This document shows positions 1-8,805 of a DNA stretch of 64,000 nt, one piece after another. The notes beneath the pieces were generated by a model, which was given only the letters and a program-made list of their open reading frames with translations, had not been told where the DNA came from and did not search any database. The first letter of the stretch is position 1. The number at the start of each line of letters is the position of its first letter. This DNA is from a virus (lineage: Duplodnaviria; Caudoviricetes). A program made the position numbers and the translations under genes. The stretch is taken from IMG/VR virus record IMGVR_UViG_3300028738_000008, one strand, 5' to 3'.

Positions 1-285
1 TTAGTATTAAATTCTTATGATGCTGAATCAGTATTAAAGGCTTTAAATATACACGTTAAAAGTCATAATGTAAATGGTATATTTCCTATTTCTTGGGTGT
101 TCCAAAAAAATGACCCTTTATTGACTGAACAAAAAGATAATAATTTTTTAGCTTTAGTTGTTATGAATGAAGAAATAAACTATATGTATATGAAAAAAAT
201 ATCAGAAGTAGATTTTAAGCCACCATTAAAAGAAAGTCTAAGAATGACAAAGGTTTGTGTATACGAAGCTGATTTAAAGGATTAA
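1..285 (+). CDS. hypothetical protein, 5'-truncated by the window edge
   Basis: Frame is open from base 1 to TAA at 283-285, in the same frame as ORF 97..285. Confidence 0.6.
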   Translation, partial: LVLNSYDAESVLKALNIHVKSHNVNGIFPISWVFQKNDPLLTEQKDNNFLALVVMNEEINYMYMKKISEVDFKPPLKESLRMTKVCVYEADLKD

Positions 286-327
286 TTACATGAGCAGTGG
301 CTATATAACAATTAATAATTACAATAA

Positions 328-1482
328 ATGAAAAGTTATCAAAAGGTTTTGAAAAAGATCATCGCTAAGGGCGTTGAAAAAGAAAGTGGCAGAGCCAATA
401 TGCCTAATACAATTGGCATATCGCATGCGGTTATAAAAATGGACTTGCAAAAGGGCTTTCCATTGCTAACGACAAAGAAAATGCATTGGAAAGGCATTAT
501 TCATGAATTGCTATGGTTTCTACGTGGCGAAACAAACATTAAATATCTTATTGATAACAATTGCAATATCTGGAATAGTGATGCATATCGTTGGTATTTA
601 AAGTATGTCGGCACAATGGTTGAGCCTGATTACGACTATTTGATGGACGACCCAATTGAAAATAAGACCAGACCATTCACATCCGAAGAATTCGTTGAGA
701 GAATTAAATTAAATCAGCTTGGTGATGATTTATCATATAAATTAGGCGATCTTGGTAAAGTTTATGGTTATCAATGGAGAAATCAAAATGGTGTTGATCA
801 GGTTGCCGAGGTATTAGACGGCTTGAAAAATAATCCATACTCACGCTATCATATTATTGATGCATGGAACAAAGCCGAGTTCAAAGAAATGGCCCTTCCA
901 CCATGTCATTTGTTATATCAGTTTATCGTCAGACCTATAAGTATTGAGAAAAGGGTGAAAATGTATTATGACAATGGTGAAATGGTTCATGTTATATTGG
1001 GCAATGCTGTTTACGATATTGATAGTACGTATACAAGCGAAAATGATATACATGGCGACAATTGTCCCGATCCGATTGGTATAGAATACTCAAAAGAAAA
1101 TATTGAATATCTTGATAAACAGAACATACCAAAGTTCTATCTTGACCTAAACATGTATCAAAGATCGGCAGATTCTGCGCTTGGAATTCCATTTAATTTA
1201 GCGTCAATGTCTTTATTATTGATGTTGTTTGCAAAAGCAAATAATATGATAGCTGGAATATCAACATGGATTGGTGGAGATACACATCTATATGTTAATC
1301 ATGTTGAAACAGCTAAAGAACAGCTTACTAGAACTCCGTTAGGCTTGCCTGAAATGAAAATTAACAAAGAATTGAATAATCTTGATGATATTTTATCATT
1401 AGATATAAATGATTTTGAGTTGGTTGGATACGAGTCATACCCAAAAATAAACTATGAATTATTTGTGGGACTTGCGAAATAA
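328..1482 (+). CDS. thyA: thymidylate synthase
   Basis: Motifs GFPLLTTKK, ELLWFLRG, DLGKVYGYQWR, ALPPCH (catalytic Cys), YQRSAD..LGIPFN; about 70 aa insertion before LDLNMYQRS. Confidence 0.97.
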   Translation: MKSYQKVLKKIIAKGVEKESGRANMPNTIGISHAVIKMDLQKGFPLLTTKKMHWKGIIHELLWFLRGETNIKYLIDNNCNIWNSDAYRWYLKYVGTMVEPDYDYLMDDPIENKTRPFTSEEFVERIKLNQLGDDLSYKLGDLGKVYGYQWRNQNGVDQVAEVLDGLKNNPYSRYHIIDAWNKAEFKEMALPPCHLLYQFIVRPISIEKRVKMYYDNGEMVHVILGNAVYDIDSTYTSENDIHGDNCPDPIGIEYSKENIEYLDKQNIPKFYLDLNMYQRSADSALGIPFNLASMSLLLMLFAKANNMIAGISTWIGGDTHLYVNHVETAKEQLTRTPLGLPEMKINKELNNLDDILSLDINDFELVGYESYPKINYELFVGLAK

Positions 1483-1538
1483 TTTTCGGTGTGCCTTTTA
1501 AGTTTTGGTTTTCATAGTATTTATAAGAAATAGATACT

Positions 1539-2273
1539 ATGAAAACTGGAATTTATCGAATTCGAAATACCATTACCAATGACAGCTATATTGGCTCTGC
1601 TAAGAATATCATAAGAAGATGGCAAAGACATAAAAGCGGATTGATACATAATAAGCATGAAAATGCTCATTTACAAAGAGCGTGGAATAAATATGGCGGC
1701 GATAACTTTGTTTTTGAAATTGTTAAAGAATGTATGTTCGATGATTTGCTTGAGATTGAGCAAAAATATTTAGACTTGAAGCCTGAATATAATATTGGCA
1801 TAATATCTAGTGGTGGAGATAATTTAACGAACAATCCGAATAGAGACGATATTATTCGACGAATGAAAATTAGCTTGCGTGAGACAATTCTTAATATGAG
1901 CGATGACTGTCGTAAAACAAAATATTCGAGACCGATGGAGTTAAACCCTAATTGGAAGGGTGGTATAAATATTAAGTATTGTAAATGTGGTAACGTTATG
2001 AGTTATTCAGCTAAAACTTGTAGAAAATGTTCGGATAAGTCTGGCGATGGAAATTCATTTTTTGGAAAACATCACAGTAATGTTACAAGAGAGGCTTTAT
2101 CTAATAGCATGACTGGAAAATATAATGGCGAACAAAACATTTCAATTATAGTTAATGATATTGAATATCGATCAGCTGGTGAGGCTTCAAAAGTATTATG
2201 TATTCCAATGGCTACCATAAGGTGGCGAGTTATGAGTAAAAATAATAAATTTAGCAATTATAAATACAAATGA
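1539..2273 (+). CDS. free-standing GIY-YIG homing endonuclease with NUMOD3-like C-terminus
   Basis: GIYRIRN...YIGSAKNIIRRWQRH, NSFFGKHHS (NUMOD3), terminal HTH-like YRSAGEASKVL. Confidence 0.9.
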   Translation: MKTGIYRIRNTITNDSYIGSAKNIIRRWQRHKSGLIHNKHENAHLQRAWNKYGGDNFVFEIVKECMFDDLLEIEQKYLDLKPEYNIGIISSGGDNLTNNPNRDDIIRRMKISLRETILNMSDDCRKTKYSRPMELNPNWKGGINIKYCKCGNVMSYSAKTCRKCSDKSGDGNSFFGKHHSNVTREALSNSMTGKYNGEQNISIIVNDIEYRSAGEASKVLCIPMATIRWRVMSKNNKFSNYKYK

Positions 2274-2524
2274 GAAGACGAAGAAAACTAGAAGTAGGAA
2301 CAGAAGTGATTATTATTAAAATTGGTCTTGAGGTTGCTAAGGATATGATATTCCTAGCAACCAAATATAGCGATGATACTTTAATTCAAGCTATGGATAG
2401 TTTTATTAATGAACTTAAAGGCAAGAATGTTGAGATATTTCTCAGAGAGAAGAACATAATTATAACTGAAAATGGATATTACATATCAGTGTATCCCAAA
2501 GATTTAGTTGAGGTAAAAGAATGA
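2270..2524 (+). CDS. hypothetical protein
   Basis: 84 aa ORF with ATGA overlaps to both neighbours. Confidence 0.6.
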   Translation: MRRRRKLEVGTEVIIIKIGLEVAKDMIFLATKYSDDTLIQAMDSFINELKGKNVEIFLREKNIIITENGYYISVYPKDLVEVKE

Positions 2525-2760
2525 TAAACATTATAATATTAATATTAGCGATAATAATATTATTCCTAGTATTAATATTATTTGTATTATCGAAAAGATT
2601 CTTAATACTATCCAGCAAAGAAAAGGATTTCATTAAATTTGCTTTCGATATATTCATAGACTACGGCGATACGCTGGGAATCCAGTCCGAAGACCAACGA
2701 AAACTGATTACATCCGAACTCGAAAAGATAAAAAGGAAATTAGACAAAAATGTCCAGTGA
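2521..2760 (+). CDS. small membrane protein with one N-terminal transmembrane segment
   Basis: Hydrophobic INIIILILAIIILFLVLILFVL followed by KR. Confidence 0.65.
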   Translation: MINIIILILAIIILFLVLILFVLSKRFLILSSKEKDFIKFAFDIFIDYGDTLGIQSEDQRKLITSELEKIKRKLDKNVQ

Positions 2761-2786
2761 ATACGATTATTTGCTGGACATTTTTT
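2746..2786 (+). terminator. intrinsic terminator between convergent genes
   Basis: AAAAATGTCCAG...CTGGACATTTTTT inverted repeat. Confidence 0.55.
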
Positions 2787-2864
2787 GCTGCTATAGCGGT
2801 AAAGATTAGTATTTTACAGCCATCCACCTATGGCGATCAGTCGATATAGGTGCTATAGCGGTAA

Positions 2865-3398
2865 TTACTCAATGTTTATTACATCACCCTTGACAGGTAC
2901 ACACTTCACAGTTTTGAAGTAGGGTTTGAATCCGCCTATACTTTTCTTGGTTGTGTCAGTTACATTATTTGCGTTTTCAACCTCGTAGAATCGGCTCTTT
3001 TCGCCACTAAAGTTATATTCAATGATGTCGCCTCTAGCTATATCGGCGTTCTTTTCTTCAAGTTCTTGAAGATACACTCCGAAGCTTAAAATACCTGAAT
3101 CATCACGAGCAATTCCGCCTGAACCATCACCATAATTTACCTGTGTTCCATCTTCAACGCCAACCATAACATTTAGTCTGATCGGTGGAAAAAATTTCTT
3201 ATCAATGCTTTTTGCTTGACCGTATAAACTATGGGTTTTTGTTTCAATGATATTAATTTTATGGAATGTTACAAATTGAACGTTATCGGTTTTCAGATAT
3301 TGTCTACCATAAAATATGTCAAGATCAAACGAACTGTCCGTCATGAACAATCCGTATCTCTCGTCTTCCAAATTAATTCTATTTGCTTTCTTTTTCAT
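2865..3398 (-). CDS. putative head-completion/neck protein (T4 gp14-like)
   Basis: Directly follows the gp13-like gene; ..GDIIEY....RFYEV..A pattern; assignment largely from synteny. Confidence 0.45.
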   Translation of the reverse strand: MKKKANRINLEDERYGLFMTDSSFDLDIFYGRQYLKTDNVQFVTFHKINIIETKTHSLYGQAKSIDKKFFPPIRLNVMVGVEDGTQVNYGDGSGGIARDDSGILSFGVYLQELEEKNADIARGDIIEYNFSGEKSRFYEVENANNVTDTTKKSIGGFKPYFKTVKCVPVKGDVINIE

Positions 3399-3399
3399 A

Positions 3400-4527
3400 T
3401 TAAATAGCGATTATTGGGAACATAATAGGTTGAAAACCTCTTTCCTTGTTAATATTCTCTGCAATTGTTGCTCTTTCCAATGTTAAATTAGCCTGAGACA
3501 TTTTTTCCAATGCGTCGATAATGACTTTTTCAGTGTCTTCTTTTAATTTTATGCCTTCATCAAGTAAATGACGATAGTCCATAACAAGTGCCTTTTCAGC
3601 CACGCCTAGTTCACCAGTAAAGAAACCTCTAATACCGCCGACAACCATTTTCACCTTTGCAATTAAGAGATTTCTTATTTGCTGCTTTGCAACATCATTA
3701 AGATTATCCCATTGTAAAACTTCTGTCGGCGCATCTGATGGTAATCTAACGATATCCGAATTCTTTTTTAAGCATTTCTTAACGTCTTTTGAAGACGAGA
3801 ACATTGTATCGTAATACCAATACCAAACCTTTCTACCAGCATAATGTTTACCCCAACCATAGGCAATTTCATGGCGACCCCCAGGAATTGGGTATAAATG
3901 AAGCATCTTTTCGCCTGTCTCTAAGCCAGTTATGCGATAAGTCAAAATCGATTGAAGTACCCTTTGTTTCATACTTCTGTCCTGTGCTGATAATATTGCA
4001 GAATATGTTGGCTGCACATACATAGACGGACGACCAAGATATGACCACCCTGCCATGCCTGGCGTAAACGTGTTAAGTGCCATAGGATCAATGAGTCCAG
4101 CGTCTACTTCTGGAGGAGTTTCCCACAAAACTTCATTAACTTCTCTGCCAGCAGGTATTAAATAATGTTGTGTATTTTCGGTAGTTAGAATGAAGTCACG
4201 TTTAAGTTCCCAGCCTGCTCCAGCTGGTGCATTTGTACCCAACCCAACTTGTTTTGAATAAGCATAGGTGAATGACTTCATGTAGTTGTTAGACTTGGTT
4301 GTAAAAGCCGAAAGAAAGTCACCGCCAGTCTTATCCATGCCCTCTAAGTTAATCCAGTTCTGATGTATCAACCATGCGTTGACAAACGATGAATAGTCCT
4401 CTATAACCATTTCAAGGTATGACATCATCATATCATCTTTGATTTCAAAAGGTCTTAATGGATAACCCATTTCATGCTTAACATGAAGAAATAATTTATT
4501 TTTATTTGTGCTTGTTATTATCGCCAT
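3400..4527 (-). CDS. neck protein (T4 gp13-like)
   Basis: N-terminal EMGYPLRPFEIKDDMMMSYLEMVIEDY resembles gp13 LG.P...VE...D; lies in the head module. Confidence 0.6.
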   Translation of the reverse strand: MAIITSTNKNKLFLHVKHEMGYPLRPFEIKDDMMMSYLEMVIEDYSSFVNAWLIHQNWINLEGMDKTGGDFLSAFTTKSNNYMKSFTYAYSKQVGLGTNAPAGAGWELKRDFILTTENTQHYLIPAGREVNEVLWETPPEVDAGLIDPMALNTFTPGMAGWSYLGRPSMYVQPTYSAILSAQDRSMKQRVLQSILTYRITGLETGEKMLHLYPIPGGRHEIAYGWGKHYAGRKVWYWYYDTMFSSSKDVKKCLKKNSDIVRLPSDAPTEVLQWDNLNDVAKQQIRNLLIAKVKMVVGGIRGFFTGELGVAEKALVMDYRHLLDEGIKLKEDTEKVIIDALEKMSQANLTLERATIAENINKERGFQPIMFPIIAI

Positions 4528-4573
4528 AATTTAGTATTTTTGTACCTAAATATAAATACTAAAAAATTGGAAT

Positions 4574-5050
4574 ATGATAAAGATTGAATACGACATTAAA
4601 TTGAATGATGAAACTGGTATGCCGTACATAGATTTACCTGTAGACTATGTGATGAAGCCAGAGGATAAATTCTTCGCTTTTGAGATTGTGAGGTATATTT
4701 TGAATGGAATGATCGCTAGTAAGAATTATAGTGTAAATCCAGTTTTACAACAGTTGCTTGAAGATAATTATGCATTTATTAGCGATATATCAGCAGAAGT
4801 TGGCGAATTAATACTAGGTCAAATGAAAACAAATGCTGAAATAAGCAGAGCATTTGACTTGTTTTACAATTTCAAGGTTGATACGATTGACGATTTATTA
4901 AACAAGGATAAATTTCAATATGACGATAAGCTTTTTTTACTTGATGATGGTTTGCTCGTATATGTGATCGACGAAAAGGAAGTTTACGAGTATAAAGTAG
5001 ACGAAGTTACAAACCTTTCATCTTGGGTAAGAAAGGACGGGGTTTTTTAA
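4574..5050 (+). CDS. hypothetical protein
   Basis: 158 aa ORF; its TAA overlaps the helicase ATG. Confidence 0.7.
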   Translation: MIKIEYDIKLNDETGMPYIDLPVDYVMKPEDKFFAFEIVRYILNGMIASKNYSVNPVLQQLLEDNYAFISDISAEVGELILGQMKTNAEISRAFDLFYNFKVDTIDDLLNKDKFQYDDKLFLLDDGLLVYVIDEKEVYEYKVDEVTNLSSWVRKDGVF

Positions 5051-6546
5051 TGAAAATGATACCCACAGCAGAACAGAAAACAATTTTTAAATTTGTTAAA
5101 GATAGATCAGAGAATATTCTAATTGAAGCATTTGCTGGCGCAGGTAAAACCACCACAATTGTCGAGGCAGTTAAATTATTACCTTCATCATTAGCTATAA
5201 CATTTTTAGCATTTAATAAACATATTAAAGAAGAACTTTCTTTAAAGCTTCCAGAGCATGTGAAATGCTATACAACCTATGGATTAGGCTATTCAGCAAT
5301 TATGCGCAAATATAAGGGTAAGATCAAATTTGACGAATTGAAAATCGATAAGATAATTCAGAAAAAAGCAAAATCATGGTCTTATTCGGACAACATAAAG
5401 AACGAGTCCGATAAATACGTATATTTCGGACAAATAAAACGCTTAGTGGACGCTTGTCGTTTAACTTTAACGCTAAAGCCTGAATATGTTCCATATATAT
5501 CGGACAGATATGATATCGGTCTGAATAAACCAGAGGACATAAAAAGGGCACTCAAAGTTTTGGATACTGCCACCAATGATCGCACGACATTTGACTATAC
5601 CGACATGGTATACTTACCTGCTGTCGATAACTCAATATGGATGTTTCCACAGGACGTTGTTTTTGTTGACGAGGTTCAAGACGTAAACAGATGCCAGATT
5701 CGCATTATTGAAAAGATTTTGAAAAAAGATAAGGTGACTGGTAAGACAGTTGGAAGGCTTATTGCAGTTGGTGATTATTTTCAAGGCATTTACGGGTTTA
5801 ACTATTCCGATGATAAGTCATTCCAATGGTTTCGGGATTATAAGAATACTGAAACATTAAAACTATCATATTCTTTCAGATGTGCAAAAAATGTCATACT
5901 TAAAGCCAATGAGATTGTTCCAGATATAAAAGCATTGGAGAATGCTCCTGACGGCGTAGTGAGAGAGGGTTCAATTTTAAAAGAAGCTGAAAGCGGTGAC
6001 TTTGTTTTATGTAGAACAACAGCACCTTTGATTAGACTGTTCTTTGAACTACTTGTTCAACATAAGAAAGCTGTTATTAAAGGTACAGATATCGGATTAG
6101 GCTTAATTGAAATGATCAAGGATCATAAGACTATCGATAAAATGATTTACTATTGGGAGACAAAACTATTTATGATGAAGAAGGACTTAGCAGCAACGCA
6201 AATGCTAAACCCTGAAAAACATAGTGGCTATGTTGCTTTGGAAGACAAGGTTTTAACTTTATCATTTCTGGGGAGATTGTCACAAGATGTTCTCGATCTA
6301 AAGGCAAAAATATCTATGATCTTTAGTGATGATAATGGTGACGGCATTATATTGTCTACCATACATAAAGCAAAGGGTAGCGAAGCTAATCGTGTTTTTA
6401 TTGCTCGTCCAGATTTAATGCCGCTGCCTTGTTCGAGAGGCTGGCAGATGGCACAAGAAAAGAATTTGGAATATGTTGCGATTACTAGAGCTAAGCATGA
6501 GTTAATATTTGACCATGAATGGACTGATGAAAAAATGGAGGATTAA
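5050..6546 (+). CDS. UvrD/Rep-like SF1 helicase
   Basis: Walker A AFAGAGKT, VDEVQD, VGDYFQGIYGF, SFRC, LSTIHKAKGSE, YVAITRAK; likely start is ATG 5050 coupled to the upstream stop. Confidence 0.93.
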   Translation: MKMIPTAEQKTIFKFVKDRSENILIEAFAGAGKTTTIVEAVKLLPSSLAITFLAFNKHIKEELSLKLPEHVKCYTTYGLGYSAIMRKYKGKIKFDELKIDKIIQKKAKSWSYSDNIKNESDKYVYFGQIKRLVDACRLTLTLKPEYVPYISDRYDIGLNKPEDIKRALKVLDTATNDRTTFDYTDMVYLPAVDNSIWMFPQDVVFVDEVQDVNRCQIRIIEKILKKDKVTGKTVGRLIAVGDYFQGIYGFNYSDDKSFQWFRDYKNTETLKLSYSFRCAKNVILKANEIVPDIKALENAPDGVVREGSILKEAESGDFVLCRTTAPLIRLFFELLVQHKKAVIKGTDIGLGLIEMIKDHKTIDKMIYYWETKLFMMKKDLAATQMLNPEKHSGYVALEDKVLTLSFLGRLSQDVLDLKAKISMIFSDDNGDGIILSTIHKAKGSEANRVFIARPDLMPLPCSRGWQMAQEKNLEYVAITRAKHELIFDHEWTDEKMED

Positions 6547-6549
6547 AAT

Positions 6550-6858
6550 ATGAAATGGTATGTAAAAATCGAAAACAAGCCTAACTTGCGCATAGCCGTA
6601 ACTTATGATGGGCTTACAAATACTCTTATCTTTACTGGCGAATACAAAGAAAAGAATCTTCTATGGATTCCGATAACCAGAAATGAGGTTAAGTATTCAA
6701 ATGAGACATTTGAGATAATCTCAGAAATTCTGTATAACGTCCATATAAAGATGGCGGCAGTCGTTGACAATATAAATTATATCGCTAATCAGTTCGAAAG
6801 CATAAAACTGATTGAAGTGGTTGACGATGCCGAAAATACTATAGGCGAAATAGATTAG
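6550..6858 (+). CDS. hypothetical protein
   Basis: 102 aa ORF ending TAG-TAA. Confidence 0.65.
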   Translation: MKWYVKIENKPNLRIAVTYDGLTNTLIFTGEYKEKNLLWIPITRNEVKYSNETFEIISEILYNVHIKMAAVVDNINYIANQFESIKLIEVVDDAENTIGEID

Positions 6859-6878
6859 TAAATGGCTTTAAATGGTGA

Positions 6879-8375
6879 TCAATATGACCATTTAAAGCCA
6901 TTCATTGTTTTATTATCTTTACACCATCTTGATATTGTAGACTGATTAACACCCTCAGACTTAGAAGCTATTAATGTGGACTCATATGTATTTATTATGA
7001 TGTTATTTAGATTTCTTTTGTAAACTGTTTTACATAATACTTCCTTCTGTTTATCAGATATACCATTTTTTAATTTAGTTTGACTTATTTTATCCTTTGT
7101 GGTCTGATCTCTTTCTTTACCGAGCCAGAATTTTGGAGAATTTATGCTCAATTCTGTTTTTTCATCATCTGTCTTTGCTTTGCCGTATTTTTTTGCGTTA
7201 TCAGACCCAGCAAGAGATATTCGCTTATTTATCCATTCAGTGCTTTGCTTAATTCCTAAATGTGATCTTGACATTTTCTCAAGAGTTTCTGTAGATGGAA
7301 TTGAATTACATCCGCCAGATTCTATGTTATATCCAAATTTTCGATCATTTGATTTATATTTCGAAATGTAATAGATTTCTTTTTCATTTAGTTCGGTTAT
7401 ATTTGTGGCACTATCAATCATGGTGAATTCAAATGCATCCCAGCCATATTTATTAAATGAGTTTAATAAATATTGATTATAAAATGCACCTTTATTATAT
7501 GCACTTTTATACTCCCATATTCTTTTATTAAGTGTTCGAGTTGTTTGACCTATATAGATTTTACCGTTTAATGCATTAGTTATTTTATATATATAACCAA
7601 AAATAACCATATTATTCTCATTCAATCTGATAACGTATCGTAATTTACCACAGTTCCACACCCTTTTAGAATCATCCCTTATCATACTTTTTTGTATGTC
7701 GCTAATTTCATTGTTTCTAAAAAATTTAGTGCCGTAAGTAAATTTATGATATAAAATATTTGAACTTTTTAATAAAATCTTGTAATCTGGTTGAATAACT
7801 TTATTCAGATAAAAATTATTTGAATCATATATATTTTTATCTTTATTTGTATAATTTAGATCGGCGTATGATGTTATTTTTAATGGCTTATAATCGTTTA
7901 TGAATTGTTTTAAAATCTTAGAAAAAACTCCAACGACAATATGTCCTAAACTTATCGAAAATCTTGACAAATCAAATTCATTATCATTTTGTTTGCCGTT
8001 CATTTTTGATTTATTATCGAAAGTCATGACAGCAATCAGCTCCTCATTTTTATAAGCACCGTAAAAAATTTGAGACTTATCAGTTCCTTGTATGTGATTT
8101 ACATTTAAAAAATCATTTTTTACAGTATTTTCAATGTGTCGTATTTTACATTCTCTAGCATTAATTCTTATTTGATCTCTAAAATTCAACTTATTTATCT
8201 TATCTTTTATGATGTTTTTATGATGTTTTAAATCATGATAATTATAAATTATACAGTTTTCATAAGATGTTAAATAATTTTCTTTAATTTTTTTTAAATC
8301 CCCTCTGTTCATCGTGATCATATCATCGATGCTTAGAAATAGGATTATAGTTTTATTATAAACCAGATTCCTCAT
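6879..8375 (-). CDS. two-domain GIY-YIG homing endonuclease-like protein
   Basis: N-terminal RECKIRHI...FLNVNHIQG...ELIAVMTF domain, then GYIYKITN..NGKIYIGQTT (GIY-YIG), NUMOD3-like repeats and a NUMOD1-like end; true start may be an internal Met. Confidence 0.8.
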   Translation of the reverse strand: MRNLVYNKTIILFLSIDDMITMNRGDLKKIKENYLTSYENCIIYNYHDLKHHKNIIKDKINKLNFRDQIRINARECKIRHIENTVKNDFLNVNHIQGTDKSQIFYGAYKNEELIAVMTFDNKSKMNGKQNDNEFDLSRFSISLGHIVVGVFSKILKQFINDYKPLKITSYADLNYTNKDKNIYDSNNFYLNKVIQPDYKILLKSSNILYHKFTYGTKFFRNNEISDIQKSMIRDDSKRVWNCGKLRYVIRLNENNMVIFGYIYKITNALNGKIYIGQTTRTLNKRIWEYKSAYNKGAFYNQYLLNSFNKYGWDAFEFTMIDSATNITELNEKEIYYISKYKSNDRKFGYNIESGGCNSIPSTETLEKMSRSHLGIKQSTEWINKRISLAGSDNAKKYGKAKTDDEKTELSINSPKFWLGKERDQTTKDKISQTKLKNGISDKQKEVLCKTVYKRNLNNIIINTYESTLIASKSEGVNQSTISRWCKDNKTMNGFKWSY

Positions 8376-8727
8376 ATATTCTATGTATTAGCGTTTGTGA
8401 TCTTTTTGAGGGTGCTTTTGTTAAAAATGCTGAATATCTTGACTCATTATAATTGATATCAAAATCATATTGATTTTTTGTAATATCTATGATTGTGCCA
8501 TCAAGTTTATTTTTTAAAAACCAGTGAGTATCGTTATTTATTTTTAATATTGATGGACAATAAATTTCCTTTTCGTCATCATCTAATAAATGATATAACG
8601 TTTCAGTTGCAACATAACAGTGACCTGTATATTTGTTTCTGAATGGCATTTTTCTGTATTTAGGCTTTAATAAGCTGTCATCCAGATTTTCGATTATTAA
8701 TTTAATTAATTCTTTCATATTTTTCAC
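8356..8727 (-). CDS. hypothetical protein
   Basis: 123 aa, GHCYVATETLYHL motif; preceded by a Bacteroidota-type promoter. Confidence 0.7.
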   Translation of the reverse strand: MKNMKELIKLIIENLDDSLLKPKYRKMPFRNKYTGHCYVATETLYHLLDDDEKEIYCPSILKINNDTHWFLKNKLDGTIIDITKNQYDFDINYNESRYSAFLTKAPSKRSQTLIHRIYEESGL

Positions 8728-8750
8728 GCATCTTATTTACTAATGCGATG

Positions 8751-8790
8751 CAAAGATAAAAAAAAGGACTCACAAATGCAAGTCCTTTTT
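8751..8790 (-). terminator. capsid-operon terminator overlapping a Bacteroidota sigma-type promoter
   Basis: Minus strand AAAAAGGACT-N10-AGTCCTTTTTT hairpin; CTTG (8782-8779) N20 TATCTTTG (8758-8751). Confidence 0.7.
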
Positions 8791-8805
8791 TAAATATATT
8801 TACGA

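Noticed and set aside
328-2273. Group I intron in thyA with an intron-encoded GIY-YIG, as in T4 td/I-TevI
   Set aside because: thyA is a single uninterrupted frame with all motifs and its normal C-terminus; the endonuclease is free-standing with its own upstream motif.
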